Origin: a virus
DNA: 64,000 nt
Reading direction: 5' to 3' (one strand)
IMG/VR virus record: IMGVR_UViG_3300015371_000029
Span: 2,438 to 66,437 of that record
Shown: piece after piece, positions 8,845-17,494 of the stretch
Position numbering within the stretch: the stretch's first letter is position 1
Layout: each line of letters begins with the position of its first letter
The notes under the pieces: model-generated
Database searches by the model: none
Seen by the model: only the letters and a program-made list of their open reading frames with translations
Told to the model about the DNA's origin: nothing
Program-made: the position numbers and the translations under genes

Positions 8845-9234
8845 CTAGGACGGGCGTGGTGGCCAGGAAAGCGGGGCAGGGTCGATCCAGGCCCCTGGTG
8901 TGCACGGCTTCTCGGACGGCTTCACCGCGTGGGTCTTGTTGCAGTAGGTGCAGTACACGAGAACGCTTCGCTCGTGCTTGTAGTCATGCTCGCACGAGGG
9001 ATCGTAGTCTTGCATGAGATCCCAAGTGGTGAACTCGCCCGCGATGTAGGCTTCGTACACCCGCGTCGCAGTTGCTCGGTCGGTGTAGAAGCGGTTGATC
9101 TCGCCGTACTGGTCGTCGAACTTGAGGCGAACTGAGAGACCTTCATCGCCCGTGGTGTTCTGGTACCAGCGTACTCGGCGGGTCGTCCGCTTCATCGGCC
9201 GATCCGACTGCCAGCTCTTATGTAAGGCCCTCAT
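8845..9234 (-). CDS. hypothetical protein with CxH/CxxC motifs
   Basis: ATGA coupling; CEHDY...CTYC. Confidence 0.6.
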   Translation of the reverse strand: MRALHKSWQSDRPMKRTTRRVRWYQNTTGDEGLSVRLKFDDQYGEINRFYTDRATATRVYEAYIAGEFTTWDLMQDYDPSCEHDYKHERSVLVYCTYCNKTHAVKPSEKPCTPGAWIDPAPLSWPPRPS

Positions 9235-9446
9235 GTGCCGTACTTGGCCTCGTAGTACCTGTCGTAGTCGCCTGTATCAGGCGGCCAAGGCAGGCCGTGC
9301 TTCTCGGCGTGACGCTTCCCGCCGGCAACGGCTTCTGCGTCCCAGTCCGACTCCTTCCAAGGGCCGATGTGTGGCGGCCCGTCGTTCATCTCGTCGGCGA
9401 GTGAGGCGTAATCCTCCTCATCCATCTCTTCGCTGAGCTTACTCAT
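9231..9446 (-). CDS. small acidic hypothetical protein
   Basis: ATG at 9446 after ATAGGAGGGTACCA. Confidence 0.6.
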   Translation of the reverse strand: MSKLSEEMDEEDYASLADEMNDGPPHIGPWKESDWDAEAVAGGKRHAEKHGLPWPPDTGDYDRYYEAKYGT

Positions 9447-9518
9447 TGGTACCCTCCTATTTGGTTCGTTCATGGAGCCTGTGCTCCTGCCCCGAAGCTC
9501 GTCGGGGCAGCAGAACAT

Positions 9519-9902
9519 TCACCAGTCGAGATCGTGCGACCCATCGGGCCAGACGATGTAGAGCGGCTTGGCTGCTCTGCGGGTCTCGCGGATCACCATC
9601 CAGGTGCCGCTGCCGCGCCGCATCTCGTTCCGACCGAACGGTGTCGTGACCACGATGTCGGAGACCTTGACGATCTCGCGGTTGCGCTTACGGTTCTGCT
9701 CTGCGTCACCGCCCGGATGTGGGACGGTCTCGTAGCCGAGCTGCTTAGAGATCCGCAGCATCTGCTTATCCGCGCCATCCTCGCACATGCCGTTGTGCAG
9801 ATAGGACTTACCCTTGCGCAATGTCCGCAAGAGCATCTTGACCGTCGTGATCTGCTGTTCGGTCATTCCTCGGCGGGTGCCCGAGAAGCCAACGTGAATC
9901 AC
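9519..9902 (-). CDS. SLOG/DprA-like Rossmannoid nucleotide-binding protein
   Basis: VGFSGTRRG, HNGMCEDGADKQ, RNREIV, GSGTWMVIRE..AAKP motifs. Confidence 0.7.
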   Translation of the reverse strand: MIHVGFSGTRRGMTEQQITTVKMLLRTLRKGKSYLHNGMCEDGADKQMLRISKQLGYETVPHPGGDAEQNRKRNREIVKVSDIVVTTPFGRNEMRRGSGTWMVIRETRRAAKPLYIVWPDGSHDLDW

Positions 9903-9977
9903 AGCTGATACCCTCCTTTGCTATGGTGCGAGCGCACCGGGTGCTGCCCCACCGCAGAGGGGCAGACACCGCTGTGC

Positions 9978-10454
9978 TCAGTTGTTCTTTCGGAGCCAGT
10001 GCTCCTCGTGCTTCTTGTTGTCCGCGATGCTGACGACCTCGATGTTGTTGTAGTCGCCGTAGTCTTCCTCGGTCATCTGCTTCGCCAGCTCGGGCGACGT
10101 GGCCGAGACGACATCCCAGAAGCGGATGTAGCCGTCCTTGTCCGCGCCATCTTCGTTCGGGCCGTAAAACGAGCCGCGCACCAGGTAGCGGTGCTCGGTT
10201 GTGCCGACCTTGTTGAAGCTGTAGCGGGCGTCGGCGATGTAGCAGTTGTTCGTCCGCACCTTCGCGCTGATCTCGGCCATCATCTTCTCGGCCTCTTCCA
10301 GCGTACGGAACTGCATCGCCTTGTCCGCGTCGTCGCGAGCGCCGCTGGCGCTGAAGCGCGGCTTGTCCTCATCGAAGTCCCATTCGCGAAACGTGCCTCG
10401 CGTCGGGCTTTCGATGATGAAATACTCGCCGAAGTTGTGCATGCTAAGAGGCAC
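9978..10454 (-). CDS. hypothetical protein
   Basis: 158-aa ORF overlapping the upstream stop. Confidence 0.6.
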   Translation of the reverse strand: MPLSMHNFGEYFIIESPTRGTFREWDFDEDKPRFSASGARDDADKAMQFRTLEEAEKMMAEISAKVRTNNCYIADARYSFNKVGTTEHRYLVRGSFYGPNEDGADKDGYIRFWDVVSATSPELAKQMTEEDYGDYNNIEVVSIADNKKHEEHWLRKNN

Positions 10455-10707
10455 TGACGATCACCTCGACGGTCGAGGATGCGACCAGCATCTGTCCGAG
10501 TCCGGTGCCGAGGTTCGGGCTGGCACGGAACTCCTTGTAGTGCTCCTCGCAACCATTTCCCCAAGACCCGAAGACCGTGGGGAAGTCGTACTCAGCCGTC
10601 TTGTCGCACTGGAAGTTGCACCGAGGCAACGTACTGACCTCGATGATCTGGTGCGGAACCAGCGTGACCGACTCGCCGTTGAGACGCTTACCTACCTTGC
10701 GTTTCAT
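10444..10707 (-). CDS. small Cys-containing hypothetical protein
   Basis: ATG at 10707 after RBS; CNFQC...CEEH. Confidence 0.6.
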   Translation of the reverse strand: MKRKVGKRLNGESVTLVPHQIIEVSTLPRCNFQCDKTAEYDFPTVFGSWGNGCEEHYKEFRASPNLGTGLGQMLVASSTVEVIVSAS

Positions 10708-10790
10708 GGGTACCCTCCTATTTTGTTCTGGAGCGGGTGCTCCGAGCGCCGCCCGGTGTAACTTAGTTGGGCGGCGTTGCGCAGGATCCG

Positions 10791-10988
10791 CTATTCGACG
10801 GGCTTGTAGAGGTTCAGGCCCAGCTTCAGCTCGGTGTCCGGGACATCGATGTTGCCGGCGGTCGTCGCGAACATCTCGCTGCTGCCGGACTTGGACTTCC
10901 CGAACGACTTGCTGATGTCGCACACGATGGTCAGCTTCTTGTTCTTGCCCGTTCCGCTGACCGTCATCTCGACGTTCTTTGCTGGCAT
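10791..10988 (-). CDS. small beta-rich hypothetical protein
   Basis: ATG at 10988 after RBS. Confidence 0.7.
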   Translation of the reverse strand: MPAKNVEMTVSGTGKNKKLTIVCDISKSFGKSKSGSSEMFATTAGNIDVPDTELKLGLNLYKPVE

Positions 10989-11076
10989 TTCGGTACCCTC
11001 CTTTTGGTAGTTAATGGCCGGTGCAAGTAGCTTATGCACCGGGTGCCATCCCTTTCGAGATGGACACCGCTACATA

Positions 11077-11331
11077 CTACTCGGCGAGTTGCTTGTTCAG
11101 CTCTCTGATGCGAACCTTCGCCTCCAGTTCGCGAACCTCTTGCTCGGCGGGACTGAGCGAGGCGACCTGATTGACGGGACTGCGCAGCGCGCAGATGAGT
11201 ACGCCGATCCAGCCCAGAAGAACTCCCCAGACCCAGCCGTTCGACCGGCCCTTGCCCGTGGCGATGTGCTGTGAGAGCCAGATCGCTGCGACCCATGAGC
11301 CGAACCAGAAGAGAACGATGATTGCTGCCAT
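11077..11331 (-). CDS. small membrane protein
   Basis: Two hydrophobic segments plus coiled-coil tail; RBS. Confidence 0.7.
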   Translation of the reverse strand: MAAIIVLFWFGSWVAAIWLSQHIATGKGRSNGWVWGVLLGWIGVLICALRSPVNQVASLSPAEQEVRELEAKVRIRELNKQLAE

Positions 11332-11410
11332 TTTGGCACCCTCCTATTTGGGTTTTGTGTGGGCGAAATTGCCCGGTCGGGGCTTACGCAGCCCCGCCCG
11401 CGCGATTGCG

Positions 11411-11890
11411 CTACATGTGTTCGACGAACTTTACCGACTGGCTCTCTCGACCATCGAGAGACATCGTTCCGACTCGCCAGATGCACTCTCCTTGCTCTAC
11501 GAACTCGACGGTGACGTACAGCGCAGGTTCACCGTCCCAGTTGACGTGGAAGCCCTGCTTACGCGGCGAGCTGTCCGAGACATCCAGTTCGACCGATGGG
11601 AGTCGGAGCATCCCGCCGACCACAACCGGCTGCGGCTGCTTGACTAGCTTACCGTGGAAGTGTTCCATGACTTCCTTCGGCGGCTCGCCCTGATCGGCCG
11701 GCAGGTCTGACCAGGTCATCCATTCGTCGCCCGGATCCTTGAGGTCGATGACGTCGCCGCGCAGCCGGAACTCCAACCGTTCGGGGCCTTCGGCCTCGGT
11801 CATCGTGACGGTGTAGCGGAACTCGTAGATCGCTCCATCCGGACTTATCCAAAGGCAAGTCGGACTGGTGGGATCGTTGACGATCTCCAT
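11411..11890 (-). CDS. hypothetical protein
   Basis: RBS plus leader element. Confidence 0.65.
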   Translation of the reverse strand: MEIVNDPTSPTCLWISPDGAIYEFRYTVTMTEAEGPERLEFRLRGDVIDLKDPGDEWMTWSDLPADQGEPPKEVMEHFHGKLVKQPQPVVVGGMLRLPSVELDVSDSSPRKQGFHVNWDGEPALYVTVEFVEQGECIWRVGTMSLDGRESQSVKFVEHM

Positions 11891-11968
11891 GTTGGTACCC
11901 TCCTTCGTAGCTTAGCATGGGCAGATGCCCGGATGCCCCATCGTTAGATGGGGACACCGCGCTACTGC

Positions 11969-12175
11969 TTACCTGACGCTGACGAGCTTGCCGTTCTCCA
12001 TCTTGCCTGTTGCGTACCAGACGTGGGGTTGCGGGTAATGCGGGCCTTCGATGGAGACTTCTCCGTCTTGCGGGATCGTCTCCAGGCCGTTGGCGGTAAC
12101 GGTGACGTGATCGCCGTTCTTGACGGCCTCCTTCAGGGCCTTCTTGGTCTTGAAGTTCGGATGTGCGTATGCCAT
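11969..12175 (-). CDS. small hypothetical protein
   Basis: ATG at 12175 after GGAGGGTACCA. Confidence 0.7.
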   Translation of the reverse strand: MAYAHPNFKTKKALKEAVKNGDHVTVTANGLETIPQDGEVSIEGPHYPQPHVWYATGKMENGKLVSVR

Positions 12176-12253
12176 TGGTACCCTCCGTTGTAGCTTAGTT
12201 TGGGCCAGTTGCCCGGAACCCATCCTACGTTGTCTTGCAGGATGGGAGCCGCG

Positions 12254-12538
12254 CTACCGTCCGCCGCAACCGGCATGTCCGCAGCCGCCGCAGAATCCGC
12301 CATTACAACAAGCGCATCCGCATGGGCCGGGCCTGTGCGCTCTGGGCGCCAGTGCCGGAATCTCGATGACGTGAACGGCCTCGACGTGCTCGCCCAGAAT
12401 GCCTTTCATCTCAGCGATCTCGGCCTCGATCTCGGCGTCGGTCTTGCCGGCGACGTAGCTTCCGGCAACCTTCTTGCCGAAGAAGCCATACTCGCCGTTG
12501 ACGCCGTGATCGATGTACTCGATCTTTATGGTCGTCAT
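12254..12538 (-). CDS. hypothetical protein with Cys/Gly-rich metal-binding tail
   Basis: C-terminus CGCACCNGGFCGGCGHAGCGGR. Confidence 0.65.
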   Translation of the reverse strand: MTTIKIEYIDHGVNGEYGFFGKKVAGSYVAGKTDAEIEAEIAEMKGILGEHVEAVHVIEIPALAPRAHRPGPCGCACCNGGFCGGCGHAGCGGR

Positions 12539-12606
12539 GAGTACCCTCCTTTGGTAATTGGTGCGATGACACCGGCAAGGCTCTCCGCGAGGAGAGCCAA
12601 CCGCTG

Positions 12607-12792
12607 TCATGCCGGCAGCCCGTCCTTAACGTACCTGGACAGGAAAAGCGCCAGCATGAACTCGGTGAAGCTTGCCTCGTTGGGAACGAGGCTCAAGATC
12701 CACCGAGACACATCAGCCGCCTCTTCGTCGGTGAGCGTTCCACCGTCGTAGACGCGCTGATGAAGCTCGTGAGCTTCATCTACAGTCAACAT
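12607..12792 (-). CDS. hypothetical protein
   Basis: ATG at 12792 after RBS. Confidence 0.6.
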   Translation of the reverse strand: MLTVDEAHELHQRVYDGGTLTDEEAADVSRWILSLVPNEASFTEFMLALFLSRYVKDGLPA

Positions 12793-12891
12793 CGATACCC
12801 TCCTTTTGTACTTTGGCGTGGGAACACACCGGGTGCCATCCTTATGTAGGATGGACACCGCTGCGTTCTTACCACTTCCAGCCGAAGCGGA

Positions 12892-13266
12892 TCATGCGGC
12901 TTTGGTGTTGATGATGGAGCTGATCTCGACCTTCAAGCGGTTGCGCGCCTCGACCACCTGACGGTTGTATGAGATCTTCTGGTCGATGTCGCCGTAGATG
13001 ATGTTGGCAGGCTTCTTCGGGGTGAGCTGAATGTCGATCCACTTCCCGTCGTCGCCGCCGAACATCTTCGCGTAGTCGTTGTACGCCTTCTCGATGCTGG
13101 TGATCTCCCAGCCGTCCGGGACGCTGTCCTGGGCGAAGTCCTCGACCTCCATGAAGGTGTGAGCATCGACCAAGAGGCTTATGACGGCCTCCTCGCCCTT
13201 CTTGGGCAGACCATGTCTTGAGTAGTTGATGGTGTAGACCGCCTCCGGCCACTTATGCCATTTCAT
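12892..13266 (-). CDS. hypothetical protein
   Basis: RBS plus leader element. Confidence 0.65.
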   Translation of the reverse strand: MKWHKWPEAVYTINYSRHGLPKKGEEAVISLLVDAHTFMEVEDFAQDSVPDGWEITSIEKAYNDYAKMFGGDDGKWIDIQLTPKKPANIIYGDIDQKISYNRQVVEARNRLKVEISSIINTKAA

Positions 13267-13334
13267 GAGTACCCTCCTGTTGGTAAATGGGGCTGATCCC
13301 CCGAAGCTGCCCTGTTACGGGCAGCAACGGTGGT

Positions 13335-13601
13335 TCAGTCGTTGATGGCGTGCTCGCGCTTGCTCTCGACGACAGGCCAGCCGAATGAGCGCCAGCGCCC
13401 TTCGGTCGGCTCGGAGTATGAGCAGAGCGTGACCTGGCGCTTCTCCTTGAGCCGCTCGCTGCGGTGGTGCGGCGCGAGGTTGATGACGTTGTCGCCGCCT
13501 GCGTTGCTGGCGGGCCAACAGGCGTCCGAGCGAAGCATGTCGAACGGGAACTCGCCGTCGCCCTCGACAACGAAGCGATGGAGATAGACTTTCCTTGCCA
13601 T
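13335..13601 (-). CDS. hypothetical protein
   Basis: ATG at 13601 after RBS; FPFDMLRSDACWP. Confidence 0.65.
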   Translation of the reverse strand: MARKVYLHRFVVEGDGEFPFDMLRSDACWPASNAGGDNVINLAPHHRSERLKEKRQVTLCSYSEPTEGRWRSFGWPVVESKREHAIND

Positions 13602-13678
13602 GATGTACCCTCCTTGTGGTATGCGGACTAGATGTCCGGAAGGCTCCCTGTTGTAGTTAAGGGGAGCCAACCGCGCAG

Positions 13679-13819
13679 CTAGCGCGAATGGATGATGTCG
13701 ATGAGCCGGTTGAACCAGGCGCGGGTCTGCGGCTCGATGACCGTCTCGACCGTGACCTGCGGGGCGGGCCTGTTGTGCCGGCGGGCCTTCTCGTTCCGGC
13801 GGCGCTGCTTCTTGCTCAT
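13679..13819 (-). CDS. small basic protein
   Basis: ATG at 13819 after RBS. Confidence 0.55.
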   Translation of the reverse strand: MSKKQRRRNEKARRHNRPAPQVTVETVIEPQTRAWFNRLIDIIHSR

Positions 13820-13907
13820 GAGTACCCTCCTTGTGGTGTGTGTTTGGAGCGATGCTCCGGGTGCCGTTCGCTGTAACTTAGTTGAGCGAACGGACACCGC
13901 AGCTTCG

Positions 13908-14123
13908 CTATGCGGGAAGTATGACGGCGATGCTGTCCGGGATGACGTGGTAGATGTCGTCGCCGTTATCCCACTTCACCGGGATCGCGTCGCCAACTTC
14001 GCTGCCGTCCGGTGCCATGACCGTTCCGTACTTCGAATCCGGGATGGATGCGACACGCGAACCGACCTCGATGTCGTTGAGATCGTAGTCCAGCGAGAAG
14101 CATTCGTCGGAATGCATAGGCAT
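13908..14123 (-). CDS. small SH3-like beta protein
   Basis: IEVGSRV...YGTV...IPVKWDNG; RBS (start may be 14117). Confidence 0.55.
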   Translation of the reverse strand: MPMHSDECFSLDYDLNDIEVGSRVASIPDSKYGTVMAPDGSEVGDAIPVKWDNGDDIYHVIPDSIAVILPA

Positions 14124-14284
14124 GTACCCTCCTTTTTCGTTGTTTTGTTGCGGCTACAAGACCGGGCGATGTTATTCGCCCGATCTTCTAGTCGTCATGC
14201 TAGAGCTGGGAAAGGTTGGGCTGCTTCCCCGTCAGCTTCCAGATCTTGAGCGCGAGATCGACTTTGTCCTTTAGCGACATGACA

Positions 14285-14467
14285 TCACGTCGCGATCTGG
14301 ACTGCGAGCATGGCCGGACAACCGTTCTTGACGAGCTTCCGGAACAAGCTTAGATCGACCTCGTTGGCTGAGGTGACTGCGACGAGCGGGTTGATCCCGC
14401 CGCGCTGGAGAGACTCGACTTTCCAATCGAATGTCTCCTCTTCCTTGTCATCATACCAAGGTCGCAT
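14285..14467 (-). CDS. hypothetical protein
   Basis: ATG at 14467 after RBS. Confidence 0.6.
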   Translation of the reverse strand: MRPWYDDKEEETFDWKVESLQRGGINPLVAVTSANEVDLSLFRKLVKNGCPAMLAVQIAT

Positions 14468-14556
14468 GTTGTACCCTCCTGTTGAAGATGGCTCGGTGCG
14501 GGATGCACCGGGGAGCCTTCCCGTTGTACTTAGCTGCGGGAAGGCAACCGCTGCAT

Positions 14557-14676
14557 CTAGGCGTTGAAGCCGAGCGCGAGCAAGACTCGCTTGATGAACG
14601 ATGTCCTGGGCTTCGGCGCGTCGAGCATCATCATCTCGGCGTGCGTCATTCGGGACGAATCGTACCAACTCGCCAT
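14557..14676 (-). CDS. 39-aa hypothetical protein (not in ORF track)
   Basis: MASWYDSSRMTHAEMMMLDAPKPRTSFIKRVLLALGFNA between two leader elements, with RBS. Confidence 0.5.
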   Translation of the reverse strand: MASWYDSSRMTHAEMMMLDAPKPRTSFIKRVLLALGFNA

Positions 14677-14743
14677 GAGTACCCTCCTTGTGTTCGGCAA
14701 TCGGATGATTACCGGGAGCATCCCCCTTTCGGGGGATGACCCG

Positions 14744-15136
14744 CTACTCGTCCGAGAACTTGTGTTTCGGGCAACGATGAACCCGTAGGCCGTCGATGCT
14801 CTTCGTCATGATCGCCTTTTCGTTGCACTTGGGGGAAGTGATGATCCGGAGCTGGTAGAACGATCCGGCGGGGCCGGATGCGGTGGTCTTGCCTCGGCGC
14901 TTCTTGAGGTAGACGATCTCCAACTCGCCGGTCTCCGGATCCGGGATGTGCGCTCCGCATGTCGGATTGTCGGGGACGTTGTTGCGGTCGGTCTGTTGAA
15001 TCCGCCTCGGCGGGCCGAATTGGAGTTGTTCCTTGTGCGGGACGGCGAAGCGCGCGGCGGCGGTTGCGCGTCCGTTGTGGACGAGCTTCTTGCCTCCGCG
15101 AGCTTTCCGCGCCTTGCGGCGTTGAGATCCGCTCAT
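14744..15136 (-). CDS. basic hypothetical protein, first gene of the leftward array
   Basis: RBS AAGGAGGGTACAAAATG. Confidence 0.65.
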   Translation of the reverse strand: MSGSQRRKARKARGGKKLVHNGRATAAARFAVPHKEQLQFGPPRRIQQTDRNNVPDNPTCGAHIPDPETGELEIVYLKKRRGKTTASGPAGSFYQLRIITSPKCNEKAIMTKSIDGLRVHRCPKHKFSDE

Positions 15137-16054
15137 TTTGTACCCTCCTTGTAGAAACGGCTTTGGGGCGACTCGCGCTCCGATAGGGGTCGCGCGGCTA
15201 CGTTGATCAGACGCTTATTGGCGGCGCGGCCCCTACCGGAGCGCCCGACGGCCATTTCTAGCTCGCATCGGGCGTCCGGTAGCCATTAGGAGGGGGTACC
15301 ATTTTAACGAAGACTTCGTGATGAAAAGCTTTACAACGTTCGCCGTAATCCTCTCGATTGACTTTTTCGTTCCCTACTTGCCGGAATCCCCGGATTGGAG
15401 TAAGTCTCTCCGGTTGAGGCGTTCGGTTGCGGTAAGGCGTTCCGCTCTACTAACGGTCGGCCCCGGTCGCCCGATGATTTTCGGTCGCGTTACGGACTAT
15501 GCTCGTAACTTGGTCTCCGTCCCGATTCGGTCGTCGGGAAGGGCTATTGCGGCCCCTAGTTATAGCCCGAGATCGTTGCCGAATTACTCTTGATCCCGTC
15601 GGTATCGCCGCCCGGCCTCCTTTCAAGCTACCGATCCCGGCGCGAACTTGCGGAGATGTCCCCGTAGTTTCGCGTCTATCCGGTCGGCTCTTGATCGGCC
15701 TAAAGGCTAGCGTCCCGCTCCGTTCCAACCGCCTCGGGGGTTCCGGTAGTCGCGTTCCCGATTGTTAAGTTGCTTCGGGTCGGCGCTCCGGCCTTCCGGA
15801 CGGGTTGCCCTCGACTCGCGAGGGAGGCCCGTTGAGGCCCGCTTCCCTCGGCTCCGTCCGTTTCCGGCGTTGCTCCGAGGGGCGCTCCCTCCCGCTAGCT
15901 CGCGAATCGGAGGGAGCTAGCGGCGAAGCCGTCCGCGCCTTCGACAACCGCGCTTCTAGCTCCGCTAGAAGCGTAACGTCTCACAACTGTTGATAGTTGA
16001 TAAAAGTACGGAAATAGCGGGTTTTTTCTTTTCCCGCTATTAGCGAACTTTTTT

Positions 16055-16918
16055 TTACGATGCAAAGAGGGAAAACGGGTAGTTGGAAGATGTGCAAGGC
16101 GTTCTAAGGCGGTTTCGGGGGTTCGGGGTAGCTAGGGCGGTTTAAGGGGATTCTAGGCGATGTACGGGCCTTACACAAAGCCGGAGAGGTATTATCAAGT
16201 AGGGGGTTCGGGGGTTCGGGGGTAGGGACGATAGGGGCCGTGTCGAGTTGATTCAGGATTTCGGGTAGTTGGAGGGGATTTTCGGGTCGATTGAGGGGGT
16301 TCGTAGCTTACGCTGGGGTGGGTTGTGCAGACCGGGGATTGAAAACCCCTGGTAATCGGCACTGGGTTGTGGGAAGTGGAATTGAGCGTGTCGAATTGTG
16401 TGTAGGTTTGATGGCGAAATGGGGGCATAAATGGGGGCATAAACCCGTGTTTCTGCGTTGCTTTGCGATGAAATGCCCCGTGCACAAAGTTTTTCGTGGA
16501 AAAGTTGAGTTGCAGGGGGCCGTTTTTTGTAACTTAGCTTGACCTGTTTTGCCGCCAGAAAGTTGGCCAAAGACCAGCGTAATCCGATGGTTTTTCGGCC
16601 TGAAAGTTGAAATGAGTTGATCCAGCGTAATCCGATTCTTTTTATGGGTTGAGTTGCCCGATTTTCGTGCTTACGATGCGTTGAGATGAGTTGGCTGCCC
16701 TAGTGGGCGCGGAGGGCGTGAAAATTGGGTTGCGATGGGCTTACGATGGCCTGAGATGAGATGAGTTGCCGGGGGCCGGGGTGCCGGCGAGGCCGGCATC
16801 GCAACGCAACCCATCGCGCACGCGCGCCCTGACGGGGCCAACGCATCGCATCGCGGGGGCCGCCGAGTGTAGCTTACTGCTCAACCCAATTACCCATCGT
16901 AAATCGCCCCCATCGCAA
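16055..16918. repeat. TTRCGATG motif set in mirror arrangement
   Basis: Forward at 16055, 16463, 16671, 16730, 16741; inverted (CATCGYAA) at 16797, 16895, 16911. Confidence 0.65.
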
Positions 16919-17078
16919 GTCGTCCCAACTCTATTCGAAACAGGTAAGGCCACTATTTGTAAAGATCCCCCTTTCGGGGGGTAGCGGTCGGCCCGGATCG
17001 TCGATACGCTCTAGCTAGCGCGGCGAGCGAAAAGCCGCGCGACGGACGGGGCCGAACCCCGGAGTAGGAGGTAGGAAA

Positions 17079-17447
17079 ATGTCGAAGGATCCCGGAAGCT
17101 ACGCGGCGGTTCGCGCGGCGGTAAAGCGCGGCGAGACGCTAGTCGGGTACGAAAGGGCGAACGGTCTCCGCTCGCTCGCTCCGAAGTACTACGCGGCCGA
17201 AGTAGAGCTAGGTATCGCGGCCGAAATCGCTCCGTCCCTCTTCGCGAAGGACGGGACGCCGAAGACGACGCGTCTCGGCGCGGCGATTCGCTCGGCGCGG
17301 AAGGCGAACGTCCGTTGGTCCCGAATCGCGATCTACCTCGGGATCCCGGAGACTCGCGCTCGGGACCTCGCCGCGAAGGCGGGCTACGAACCGACCTACG
17401 TTGGTCTCGGCCGCCGTTACGGTCTCGAAAACGGGCCGAACGACTAG
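17079..17447 (+). CDS. hypothetical protein with possible C-terminal HTH
   Basis: GGAGGT RBS; VRWSRIAIYLGIPETRARDL; followed by a terminator. Confidence 0.7.
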   Translation: MSKDPGSYAAVRAAVKRGETLVGYERANGLRSLAPKYYAAEVELGIAAEIAPSLFAKDGTPKTTRLGAAIRSARKANVRWSRIAIYLGIPETRARDLAAKAGYEPTYVGLGRRYGLENGPND

Positions 17448-17463
17448 CCCGCGACGAACCGAA

Positions 17464-17494
17464 GGAAAGGCCCGCTACGCGGGCCTTTTCTTTG
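17464..17494 (+). terminator. rho-independent terminator
   Basis: AAAGGCCCGC-TAC-GCGGGCCTTT then TCTTT. Confidence 0.75.

Larger units (their letters stand above)
622..15200 (-). promoter_or_regulatory. family of ~28 intergenic two-hairpin leaders (GCGGT-stem-CCGG-stem...AGGAGGGTRC)
   Basis: Copies e.g. at 622-693, 3263-3339, 4387-4465, 8720-8785, 9903-9977, 10990-11076, 12539-12606, 12793-12868, 13602-13678, 14677-14743; stems vary in sequence but keep their pairing. Confidence 0.85.

Noticed and set aside
622-15200. Leaders as twister/hammerhead ribozymes or true integron attC sites
   Set aside because: Ribozyme catalytic-core consensus and RYYYAAC/GTTRRRY boxes are not consistently present, and no integron integrase is visible; kept only as an analogy
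622-15200. Leaders as intrinsic terminators
   Set aside because: Hairpins are followed by A/C-rich spacers and an RBS, not U-tracts, on the coding strand
15318-16984. Short ORFs in the control region
   Set aside because: No properly spaced RBS, low-complexity products, overlap with repeats and hairpins
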